A stretch of 32,000 nucleotides of DNA. It comes from Mycolicibacterium smegmatis. Its GTDB lineage: Bacteria > Actinomycetota > Actinomycetes > Mycobacteriales > Mycobacteriaceae. Shown piece by piece: positions 14,043 to 22,116 of the stretch. Position 1 is the first letter of the stretch, and every line of letters starts with the position of its first letter. The stretch is from the NCBI RefSeq assembly GCF_001457595.1, contig NZ_LN831039.1:90001-122000 (forward strand). Direction: 5' to 3'. The notes beneath the pieces were generated by a model, which saw nothing but the letters and a program-made list of their open reading frames with translations, was not told the DNA's origin and ran no database searches. The position numbers and the translations under genes were made by a program.

Positions 14043-14925
14043 ACCAATCTGTTGCCGGAATATTCGGATCAGTCTGCACCCACGCGGTGGTGTCAGACTT
14101 GAATTGGTCCATTACGTGCGCCCACTCATCACAAACAGGATCCCGAGTTAGCAGGAAACGTTGTGGGTCGTTCGTGTTCCCGATCGGCGAAACCTGAGTC
14201 GGTGGTGCGAGCGGTGTGACAAGTGGACCCCGAGCAGCCGCGGATCCGAACTCAATCGCTGAACAAATATTTCCGATTGTTTCAGTGATTGCGATTGTGA
14301 CACGTGCGAATTGATCGGCCGGTGGCGCGTAGTCAGGAATGCTCGCTGCATACGTACGGGAGTATGCGATGAACTGCTCATAAAGTTCTCGCATAACTCT
14401 ATGTTGTGCCATTCTGGCCACAGGTACGATCTGGTCAGCAGCGTTTCGCAGAGCGTCTGCCACCTCGTCGTACTGAGACCGAATTTCCGGACTCCATGAA
14501 CTCGCCGGAATTGATGGATCCCGTTGCCCCCATCCATTCTTAGATGTGCGTATCCAGGTAGTCATAATCGGGTACTGCGCTGCGCACGACGGATCGTCGG
14601 TGATTACAGAGACGGGACCGGTATCGTCGGCGCTGGCGACTTCTGCGCTAGCTGTCCCATTAACCGACGGCGGTGGCGCGCTTGTATTCGACCCACTATT
14701 CCCAGGGTCCTTGCTAGCGACCGACAACGTCACAGCTGCCGTCACCCCGATCACGACGACCAGTACTACTCCGCCCAAGATCCACTTCCATCCGTTGCCC
14801 CGCTTCGGAGATTTCGGAGGTTGATGCCAAGCATCAACAGGGTGTCCAGGTCCACTCAGCCCGCCTTGCGGCGGCTGGAAGCCATTCGGAGGCGGCACAG
14901 AACCAGGAGGAGGAGGAAAGCTCAC
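14043..14925 (-). pseudogene. Family-A paralog A4, 3'-truncated by the IS1096-like element (inverted orientation)
   Basis: GTG 14925. MSFPPPPGSVPPPNGFQPPQGGLSG..RGNGWKWILGGVVLVVVIGVTAAVT..DDPSCAAQYP.. runs to ..TAWVQTDPNIPATDW and then directly into the IS inverted repeat. The last 17 residues of the 311-aa track ORF are IS-encoded. The closest relative is A5 (20908). Confidence 0.85.
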
Positions 14926-14980
14926 CGATGAACCTCCGTACCAATACCGCTATGGCGCAACCCAATACCTCCACCGTTAC

Positions 14981-15103
14981 TCACAATGCGACCTCCGGCG
15001 CGGCTTCCGCGATCCTTTGATGTCGTTGCTTCTGTTTAACATGTTGCGAATCCAGCGAAGCATCAACCGGCGCCTGCGCCCCTTCACCGACATCTGCCCC
15101 AGC
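14981..15103 (-). pseudogene. 3' fragment of a third EspJ-like gene (inverted)
   Basis: The reverse strand encodes ..AGADVGEGAQAPVDASLDSQHVKQKQRHQRIAEAAPEVAL* (stop at 14981-14983). This is nearly identical to the C-terminus of the ORF at 20049-20852. The 55-bp spacer to A4 also matches 20853-20907. Homology stops at 15103, next to the IS1380-like element. Confidence 0.8.
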
Positions 15104-16804
15104 CCTGGGTGTCAGGGTGAGTTGAGTCCACTGGTACTTAGCCTGAATCCGTGGAGCGGCCCTCCTTGAGGTGTCCGTGTGTGGTTTCTGCTGCGTTCGG
15201 TGTTGCGGGCATGCGGTAGTTGCTGGTCTGCCCAGCTTTTCCTGTGTGCTCCGGTTGGGCCTGTTCGGCGCGTTGGTCAGGTCGTTGCCGGTAGCGGTGG
15301 GCTGTATCCGATGGTGTTGCGCCACAACGTGAGCCAGTGCTCTGTCCAGGGCCAGTGCTCGGGGAGGTGCAGGATCGGTCGACGCTGGGGTCGGGCCAGA
15401 CGGGCGGGAATGTTGACGATCTTGCGGCGCAGCGTCGCGCCGCGGGCAACCACGTGGGCACCTCCTGCGAGCACGCCGGCGGCGCGCAGCAGGTTGTGCG
15501 CGATCGCCGCGCACAACACCCACGCACTGTTGGCACCGAACTGTCCTGAGGGCATGTGGGCCAGGGGTCCGTCGATCAGATCGGCGAAGACGGTTTCGAT
15601 GATCGCGTGCTGGCGGTGGGTGATGTCAGCCTCGGCGGTCGGCAAGTCTGTGTTGGTGAAGAACGGGTGATACCGCCACACCGGGAACAGCGCGTCCCGA
15701 AATCTCGCGTCTTTGACTCGCCGCACCACCAACCGCGCGGTGAACCGATCTTTGGTAGAGGCGAAGGCGGTGTAGCTGACCTCGGCGACCTCGGCATCAG
15801 AAATCCAGTCACCGGTGTCGGGATCACGCACTGCACCGGGATAGTTGACCGGCTCCCAGGCCTGCTCGTCGATCGAACTGATGGCCCGATCAACCGCGGT
15901 ATTGCGGGTCATCACCACCGAGAAGTGCGCATTGTGGGCTCGGCAGGCGCCCACCACCGACCGGGTGCCGTAGGACGAATCGCCACGCACCAGCAGTTGC
16001 CCGCGCACGCCGGCGGCGCGGGCGGTGGCGATGGCTTGGGCGACCATGCGGCCCGCACCCTTCCCGGAACTGGTCTTACCGGCGCGCAGCCGCATCCCGG
16101 CGATCACCGGCGCCGCTCCGGGGGTGCTGATCGTCGTCGCCAACGGGGAGAGCCCTTTACGCAGAACCTGCTTACCAGCGATCTTGGTATGCCCGTAGGA
16201 GGCACCCTGTTTGGCGTGGCCATAGACCGGGCGCAGCAGTGAGTCGATGTCGATGAACGCCCCCGTGTCGGATCCGGGCAGCAGGTCCACCCGCGCACAG
16301 AGTGCGGCCAGATGATGACGCAGGACCGACTCCAACTGCCGGGCGTGTCCGAAGGTGAACTCCCGCAACAGTGTTCCGATCGTCGATGGTGCATAGACCC
16401 CATCGAAGAGCGTCTTCATCCCGCCGCCACGCACGAGGTCGAGGTCATCAATGCTGTCGGCGCCGGCGCACATTCCGGCGACCACGGTGAGCAGCTTCGG
16501 CGACGGGTTGGCCGACCCGGACTTGATCCGTGGTTCGCTGATACGAACCTTGTCGGCCAGCAACTGTGACAGCCCGGTCTGGGTGGCCAGCGTCATTACC
16601 GGCACCAGACCGGCGCACGACACGAGATGGGCATCATCGAAGACCGCCGACGACGCAGCGAACCTATGGGACACTTTCACCGGAAGTGCCTTTCGAAGTT
16701 GTGCCGATAAGTGCCTAGAGAACACTCATCATCACAGCTCAGAAGGCACTTTCCTCGTCACGACACCCTGCGACCAGCCAATTCATCGGTGGATCGAGGC
16801 TTAG
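15104..16804 (-). mobile_element. IS1380-family-like insertion sequence (ends approximate, about 1.67 kb)
   Basis: It has a single long DDE transposase ORF. Two alternative imperfect terminal repeat pairings (15104.. with ..16773, or 15137.. with ..16804) each match about 12 of 17-18 positions, so the ends are not resolved. It is bounded on the left by loss of espJ homology at 15103 and on the right by the IS3-family element at 16823. Confidence 0.55.
15277..16725 (-). CDS. IS1380-family-type DDE transposase
   Basis: 482 aa (GTG 16725; an internal GTG near 16680 is possible). The N-terminus ..FDDAHLVSCAGLVPVMTLATQTGL resembles that family. The C-terminal HRQHAIIETVFADLIDGPLAHMPSGQFGANSAWVLCAAIAHNLLRAAG motif is characteristic of IS1380/IS4-like transposases. 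The family call is from memory, not a search. Confidence 0.7.
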   Translation of the reverse strand: MFSRHLSAQLRKALPVKVSHRFAASSAVFDDAHLVSCAGLVPVMTLATQTGLSQLLADKVRISEPRIKSGSANPSPKLLTVVAGMCAGADSIDDLDLVRGGGMKTLFDGVYAPSTIGTLLREFTFGHARQLESVLRHHLAALCARVDLLPGSDTGAFIDIDSLLRPVYGHAKQGASYGHTKIAGKQVLRKGLSPLATTISTPGAAPVIAGMRLRAGKTSSGKGAGRMVAQAIATARAAGVRGQLLVRGDSSYGTRSVVGACRAHNAHFSVVMTRNTAVDRAISSIDEQAWEPVNYPGAVRDPDTGDWISDAEVAEVSYTAFASTKDRFTARLVVRRVKDARFRDALFPVWRYHPFFTNTDLPTAEADITHRQHAIIETVFADLIDGPLAHMPSGQFGANSAWVLCAAIAHNLLRAAGVLAGGAHVVARGATLRRKIVNIPARLARPQRRPILHLPEHWPWTEHWLTLWRNTIGYSPPLPATT

Positions 16805-16855
16805 CAACTTGGCAACTTGGCTTGATCTCGGGGCGAGAACGGAATCACCTGAACC

Positions 16856-17284
16856 ATGACGACGACGATGGCTGCTGTGCGCGAGACTGGAGCGGTGGCA
16901 CCTTCACCGCGATCTGATGGCCCGCGCCGGCGGCGCTCGATTTCTCCGGCGCAGAAGCTGGCCCACCTGGATGCCTATGAGCAGGCCTGTACGACCAACG
17001 ATGGTGGGGCGTACCTGCGCGGTGAGGGGTTGTATTCCTCGCAGATCGCCGAGTGGCGCAAACAACGCGATGCTGGGGTGTTGGAAGGCAAGGCACCTGG
17101 GGAGAAGGTCGGTAAACTCACCCGCGAGCAGGCCGAGATCGCCCGCCTGAAAAAGGAACTCGCCCAGGCCAATAATCGGCTGGCGACCACCGAGGCTGCC
17201 CTGGGGATCATGGGAAAAGCACACGCGCTCTTGGAGTCTCTCTCCGAGAGCGCGGACACCGACACGCCGCCGACCAAGCGCTGA
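16856..17284 (+). CDS. IS3-family OrfA (HTH / leucine-zipper type)
   Basis: 142 aa. ..ISPAQKLAHLDAYEQACTTNDGGAYLRGEGLYSSQIAEWRKQRDAG.. is HTH-like. It is followed by the coiled-coil REQAEIARLKKELAQANNRLATTEAALGIMGKAHALLE, typical of IS3 OrfA. The stop TGA overlaps the orfB ATG (TGATG at 17282-17286). Confidence 0.8.
   Translation: MTTTMAAVRETGAVAPSPRSDGPRRRRSISPAQKLAHLDAYEQACTTNDGGAYLRGEGLYSSQIAEWRKQRDAGVLEGKAPGEKVGKLTREQAEIARLKKELAQANNRLATTEAALGIMGKAHALLESLSESADTDTPPTKR
17212..17218 (+). promoter_or_regulatory. Candidate -1 ribosomal frameshift heptamer G_GGA_AAA in IS3 orfA
   Basis: In the orfA frame the codons read atg gga aaa gca, so nt 17212-17218 fit the X_XXY_YYZ slippery pattern. 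The orfB (-1) frame is open from 17176, so a slip here would give an OrfAB fusion. No downstream structure was assessed. Confidence 0.3.
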
Positions 17285-17939
17285 TGGATGCCTACAACGA
17301 TCTGCGGGATATCCAGATTCCGACCCGCAAGGCCGCGGAGGTGACCGGCATGCACCGCTCGACGGCCACTCGACGCGCCAAACCCGCGCCGGCGCCTGCC
17401 GATCGGGCACCACGACCGGTCCCGGTCAACAAGCTCACCGAGTCCGAATGCGCCCGGGTGGTTGAGGTGCTCAACAGTGCCCGGTTCGTCGATGCCGCGC
17501 CGATGCAGGTGTGGGCCACGTTGCTCGATGAAGGCAGCTACCTGTGTTCGGTGTCGACGATGTACCGCGTCCTCAATGCCAACAAGCTGGTCAAGGAGCG
17601 CCGTCGGCTGGCCCGGCACCGCAAAGCGGTCTGCCCGGAACTGGTGGCCACCGCGCCGCGGCAGGTGTATTCGTGGGACATCACCAAACTGGCCGGCCCG
17701 GTCAAAGGGGTCTACTACGACGCCTACGTGATGATCGACATTTACTCGCGTTACATCGTCGGGGTCCATGTGCACGCCCGCGAATGCGGCCAGCTGGCCA
17801 AGGAGATGATGGAACAGATCTTCGGCACCTACGGCATCCCACACGTCGTGCACGCTGATCGGGGCACCTCGATGACCAGCAACACCGTCGCCGGACTGCT
17901 CTCGGATCTGGGCGTCATCCGCTCGCATTCGCGGCCCAA
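17284..17939 (+). pseudogene. IS3-family OrfB (rve integrase-type transposase), 5' part, interrupted by IS256-family element
   Basis: ..QVYSWDITKLAGPVKGVYYDAYVMIDIYSRYIVGVHVH..YGIPHVVHADRGTSMTSN..IRSHSRPK is a DDE/rve core. The reading frame then enters the IS256-family inverted repeat at 17940. The tail of the 238-aa track ORF is IS-derived. Confidence 0.85.
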
Positions 17940-19427
17940 GAGGAATTGTCAATACCTGTGGATCGGGGTGTTTCAGGCGACCTCCGTTCCGGCGTGCTGA
18001 CCGCCGTCTGAGGGCGATGTTGGCGGGGTGATGTCGGTGGGTCGTTCGAGCAGTCTGCCTTTATGGAAGACCGCGCCGGCGCGGACCAGGGCGACCAGGT
18101 GTGGGGCGTTGACGGCACGCCAGCGGGCCGCGGCGGCGTCGATGAGCTTGTAGGCCATCGCTAGTCCGGCCGCTCGTGATCCGGGCCCCTTGGTGACCTT
18201 GGTCCTCAAACGCACTGTGGCAAAGGTGGATTCGATCGGATTCGTCGTTCGCAGATGAATCCAATGTTCGGCCGGATACTTGTAGAATTCCAGCAGCACA
18301 TCGAGGTCGTCGGTGATCTTAGCGACCGCCTTGGGATACTTCGCGCCGAAGTCGGCCTCGAAGGCCTTGACCGCGATCTGGGCCTTGTCGATATCCTCGG
18401 CGTTGTAGATCTCCTTGATCGCCGCCAGCGCCGACGGGTGCGCTGATTTCGGCAGTGCAGCAAGAACATTGGCCTGCTTATGAAACCAGCACCGCTGCTC
18501 TTTGGTGGCCGGGAAAACCTCGCGGACTGCTTTCCAGAACCCGAGCGCGCCATCGCCGATCGCGAGTACGGGGGCGGTCATGCCGCGGCGCTTGCAGTCG
18601 CGCAACAGATCGGCCCACGACTCGGCCGACTCGCGGTAGCCGTCGGTGATCGCCACGAGCTCCTTGCGGCCATCAGCACGCACGCCCAGCATCACCAGCA
18701 GACAGAGCTTTTCCTGGTCCAGCCGCACCTTGAGGTGAATGCCGTCGACCCACAGATACACGTAATCAGTGGCCGAGAGGTCGCGGGCCCCAAACGCGCG
18801 GGCCTCGTCTTGCCACTGCGCCGTGAGCCGGGTGATCGTGCTGGCCGACAGCCCAGCGCCGGAGCCGAGGAACTGCTCGAGGGCAGGGGTGAAATCGTTG
18901 CTCGACAGGCCGTGCAGGTACAGCAGCGGCAGTACCTCGCTCATCTGCGGCGACTTGCGCGCCCAGGCCGGCAGGATCGCCGAGGAGAACCGCTTGCGTT
19001 CACCGGTGTCGGGGTCGACACGGCGGTCGTTGACCCGCGGCGCTTTCACCTGCACCGCGCCGGCGGCGGTCAGCACCTCCCGGGGCTGGTGATAGCCGTT
19101 TCGCACCACCAACCGGTGACCGTTCTCGTCGAGTTGATCGGCGAACTGCGCCACGTAGGCGGCGACCTCGGCCTGCAACGCCGCGGCCAGCATCTGCCGG
19201 GCCCCGTCGCGGACGATCTCATCCAACAACGACCGACCAGCACCGCTGGCCTTGTCGTTGGCGTCCTCGGTGTCGTGAACTACGGTGAGCATGGGCGTAC
19301 CTTCCCAACCAGCGCGCCAACGCCGGTCTTGATCGAATACCTGATTCCGTGAAGATCATCCCCGGGAAGGTGCGCCCATCTTCACGCCCCCACACCGAGG
19401 CTCATCCACAGGTATTGATCATTGCTC
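17940..19427 (-). mobile_element. IS256-family element (IS6120-like, 1,488 bp) nested in IS3 orfB
   Basis: Inverted repeats GAGGAATTGTCAATACCTGTGGAT (17940..) and GAGCAATGATCAATACCTGTGGAT (reverse complement of ..19427). There is a perfect 9-bp target-site duplication GCGGCCCAA (17931-17939 and 19428-19436). Removing the element and one duplicate restores ..HSRPKVSNDNPYSESWF... Confidence 0.9.
17973..19292 (-). CDS. IS256-family (mutator-type) transposase
   Basis: 439 aa, ATG start. LLDEIVRDGARQMLAAALQAEVAAYV.., ..YVYLWVDGIHLKVR.., ..LAIGDGALGFWKAVREVFP..QRCWFHKQANVL.., ..HLRTTNPIESTFATVRLRTKV are the conserved blocks of IS256-family transposases. Confidence 0.92.
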   Translation of the reverse strand: MLTVVHDTEDANDKASGAGRSLLDEIVRDGARQMLAAALQAEVAAYVAQFADQLDENGHRLVVRNGYHQPREVLTAAGAVQVKAPRVNDRRVDPDTGERKRFSSAILPAWARKSPQMSEVLPLLYLHGLSSNDFTPALEQFLGSGAGLSASTITRLTAQWQDEARAFGARDLSATDYVYLWVDGIHLKVRLDQEKLCLLVMLGVRADGRKELVAITDGYRESAESWADLLRDCKRRGMTAPVLAIGDGALGFWKAVREVFPATKEQRCWFHKQANVLAALPKSAHPSALAAIKEIYNAEDIDKAQIAVKAFEADFGAKYPKAVAKITDDLDVLLEFYKYPAEHWIHLRTTNPIESTFATVRLRTKVTKGPGSRAAGLAMAYKLIDAAAARWRAVNAPHLVALVRAGAVFHKGRLLERPTDITPPTSPSDGGQHAGTEVA

Positions 19428-19436
19428 GCGGCCCAA

Positions 19437-19790
19437 GGTATCCAACGACAACCCCTACAGCGAGTCCTGGTTCAAGACCTTGAAGTATGCGCCGGCGTTC
19501 CCGGAACGCTTCGAATCCATCCATCACGCGAGGTCATGGACCGATTCGTGCAGTGGTACAACCATGAACACCGCCACAGCGGCATCGGGCTGCACACACC
19601 CGCCGATGTGTTCTACGGCCTCGCCGGCGGGAAAGACACCCAGCGCCGAGCCGTGCTCGCCGACGCCAGGGCGCGCCACCCACGCCGATTCGGCCGCGAC
19701 ACCGCACCCAAGGTCATCGACCTACCTGAATCCGCGGCGATCAACCCACCCAAACCGGCCGAACAGGAGACCGAAACGGAAGCCGCTTAA
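19437..19790 (+). pseudogene. IS3-family OrfB, 3' part, with an additional frameshift
   Basis: This part continues ..(K)VSNDNPYSESWFKTLKYAPAFPERFESIHHARSW in one frame. The expected ..DRFVQWYNHEHRHSGIGLHTPADVFYG.. then continues in the next frame to TAA 19788-19790. That implies a 1-nt indel near 19535-19540 (tgg-ac region). Confidence 0.75.
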
Positions 19791-20048
19791 CACCCACTGG
19801 ACTCAAACACCTTGACAAATTCCGAGGGGCCGTCTTTATCAGGCTGAAGGTGTGCCAGGGATAGTCGTAGAGGCATGACCCTCGCATGGGGTGGGTCCGG
19901 GCGCTGCTGTATCCAACGCCGATGACGTTGCGGAATTTGGCGTGTCCGTACTGCCATACCGACCGTTAAGCTGAGTGTGGCTAACGTTGCGCAGGTGGGT
20001 CGGACTACATCGCGGGTGCGCCACGGGTTCGTGTGAGGGGAAGGGCTA

Positions 20049-20852
20049 GTGGGATATCCCGAGTTCCGGGTCATAGAGGAGGCGATCGGATGGGATCCGG
20101 CCGAAGTGACGGTTCCCCCCTTGCCTGACAAGGCAGTCGCTGCGCCGGGTGGTGATCCGTTGAGCGCTCTAGTGGGCGCGGTGATGCCGAACCTCGCCAA
20201 CGACGTTAATAAGAAGGTTGCCGAAGCTCGGGCGCGAGAGGAAAGTTTCGCCTCGAACCTGAGTTCTGCTCGTACTGCATATCACGGGGCGGACAGCGCT
20301 GGTCAGGATCAAATCAATGCGGCGGCAGACCAGATTGACCCGGCCGATGCCTTTGGTGCCGGCGCTCCGGTGGAAAGTGCAAACGCTCTGTCATCGGGTG
20401 AGGGTGGTTTCAGCCAGCTCACCCAGTTGATGGGTATGGCGATGCAGGTGGGGCAGCAGGCGGCGCAGATGCCCATGGGCGCGGCGGGCACGATCGGACA
20501 GATGTCTCAGCCCCTGATACAAGGTGTCCAAAGCATCGTTCAACAGGCCGCGCAGGCATCGGAGGGCTCACGCCAAGGCGGTCAGGGCGAGGGCACGGGA
20601 GGAAGCTTTGATAGTGGGGTAGGCGCAGTGGCTCCTGAGTTGAAGCCTGAGGGCGGCAATCACGAGGAAAATGCGGCTGCCGACGGTGGCACGAGGCTTG
20701 ATGAGGAAAACGACCTGTCCGAGGATGCCGCTGGGGCAGATGTTGGTGAAGGGACGCCGGCGCCGGTTGATGCTCCGCTGGATTCGCAACATGTTGAACA
20801 GAAGCAACGACATCAAAGGATCGCGGAAGCCGCGCCGGAGGTCGCATTGTGA
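20049..20852 (+). CDS. espJ: EspJ-like protein, copy 2
   Basis: 267 aa. The first 27 nt are identical to copy 1 (gtgggatatcccgagttccgggtcat). It has the YxxxD motif AYHGAD, a Q/A/M-rich centre and an acidic tail ending ..QKQRHQRIAEAAPEVAL. It is clearly paralogous to 5245-6042 but much diverged in its C-terminal half. Confidence 0.6.
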   Translation: MGYPEFRVIEEAIGWDPAEVTVPPLPDKAVAAPGGDPLSALVGAVMPNLANDVNKKVAEARAREESFASNLSSARTAYHGADSAGQDQINAAADQIDPADAFGAGAPVESANALSSGEGGFSQLTQLMGMAMQVGQQAAQMPMGAAGTIGQMSQPLIQGVQSIVQQAAQASEGSRQGGQGEGTGGSFDSGVGAVAPELKPEGGNHEENAAADGGTRLDEENDLSEDAAGADVGEGTPAPVDAPLDSQHVEQKQRHQRIAEAAPEVAL

Positions 20853-20907
20853 GTAACGGTGGAGGTATTGGGTTGCGCCATAAAGGTATTGGTACGGAGG
20901 TTCATCG

Positions 20908-22059
20908 GTGAGCTTTTCTCCTCCTCCTCCTCCTCCTCCTCCTCCTCCCGGTTCCGTGCCGCCTCCGAACGGCTTCCAGCCGCCGCAAGGCGGGCTGAGT
21001 GGACATGGATACCCTGCTGATGCTTGGCAACAACCTCCGAGGTCTCCGAAGCGGGGCAACGGATGGAAGTGGATCTTGGGCGGAGTAGCACTGGTCGTCG
21101 TGATCGGAGTGACGGCAGCTGTGACGTTGTCGATCGCTAACAGGGGCCCTGGGAACAATGGGTCGAGTTCAAGCGCGCCATCGCCTTCGGTTAATGAGAC
21201 AGCTAGCGCAGAAGTCGCCAGCGCCGACGACACCGGACCCGTCTCTGTAATCACCGACGATCCGTCGTGTGCAGCGCAGCAGCCCATTCTCGATACGTAC
21301 GCGAGAGCATCCCAAAATGGTTGGCAGGACAGGGATCCCAATATTCCTCGCGCTAGCTGGACGCCCGAGGTGCGTACGCAGTATGAAGAAGCTGCGCAGG
21401 CGATGAAAAACGCCGCCGACCAGTTAGTGCCAATCGCTAAACTAACGCCGCACCGGGTGATGCGGGAACTATACGAACAATTCATCGCTTATGCGCGTGC
21501 CTATGCTTCGGCTGTACCGAATTACGACCCTATTGACGATAACATGGCCATCGTTGCTAACGCGACAGGCGACGCCATAACCTTTATATGTGCCGCGATC
21601 CAAAATGGTTCCGCGGGGGCCCGCGGTCCTCTAGTCGAGAAGATCCCAAGCCAGTCCTTCATCCAGTCGGATATAGACATCGAGAACCCCAGCCGATTTC
21701 TGCTGGAAACTAATCCAGCCTGTTCCACCTTGGATTCTGCGCTGGCCAGCTTCCAGGCTGATACGTCGGCGTGGCTGGAAACCGATCCAGGGATTCCCGC
21801 GAGCGACTGGTCACCAGAACAAAGGGAACGGAATGAGCAGGTAGCCCCTGTGATGCGGCGGTTCGCAACTCAACTGCAATCGGTTGGCAGACAAAGTGAC
21901 AACGCAGTTTTTCGTGATTTCGCGTATCTTTCAGCGCAGTATCGGAAAGCTTACGTCTCGGCTCTGCCAAGTTATGTGCCAGCGGATCGGTACCTTGCCA
22001 CCGTGTCGCTGCGCCTGGCAGGAGCGTTAAGCGCGGCATGCTCGGCAGCGGGAGCTTGA
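20908..22059 (+). CDS. Family-A paralog A5 (intact)
   Basis: 383 aa, GTG start. MSFS(P)10GSVPPPNGFQPPQGGLSG.., anchor RGNGWKWILGGVALVVVIGVTAAVT. It has two Cys-bracketed modules (..DDPSCAAQQP....TFICAAI; ..NPACSTLD....LSAACSAA) with the IPASDWSPEQR and VMRELYEQFIAY / VFRDFAYLSAQY motifs. Confidence 0.85.
   Translation: MSFSPPPPPPPPPPGSVPPPNGFQPPQGGLSGHGYPADAWQQPPRSPKRGNGWKWILGGVALVVVIGVTAAVTLSIANRGPGNNGSSSSAPSPSVNETASAEVASADDTGPVSVITDDPSCAAQQPILDTYARASQNGWQDRDPNIPRASWTPEVRTQYEEAAQAMKNAADQLVPIAKLTPHRVMRELYEQFIAYARAYASAVPNYDPIDDNMAIVANATGDAITFICAAIQNGSAGARGPLVEKIPSQSFIQSDIDIENPSRFLLETNPACSTLDSALASFQADTSAWLETDPGIPASDWSPEQRERNEQVAPVMRRFATQLQSVGRQSDNAVFRDFAYLSAQYRKAYVSALPSYVPADRYLATVSLRLAGALSAACSAAGA
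20920..20946 (+). repeat. (CCT)9 trinucleotide microsatellite encoding a poly-Pro run at the 5' end of A5
   Basis: Nine perfect CCT units followed by CCC give P10. The A4 paralog has only four Pro codons at the same place (rc of 14905-14925 reads gtg agc ttt cct cct cct cct). Confidence 0.9.
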
Positions 22060-22116
22060 CCGATTTCAGGATCGCGTTCTGGGTTGAAACTCTGGTTTAC
22101 GAGGTGACAGGCACGG

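Larger units (their letters stand above)
16823..19841 (+). mobile_element. IS3-family element (about 1,522 bp native), inactivated by a nested IS256-family insertion and an orfB frameshift
   Basis: Ends TGATCTCGGGG.. (16823) and ..CGTCTTTATCA (19841), the TG..CA termini typical of IS3. It is flanked by a 4-bp direct repeat GGCT (16819-16822 and 19842-19845). orfA and orfB lie in the 0/-1 frame arrangement. Confidence 0.75.

Noticed and set aside
15099-16778. 5-bp direct repeat CCAGC (15099-15103 and 16774-16778) as the target duplication of the IS1380-like element.
   Set aside because: It depends on one of two equally weak inverted-repeat alignments, and the repeat is offset by 2 nt from the best pairing. 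A 5-mer match can occur by chance, so the element ends are reported as approximate instead.
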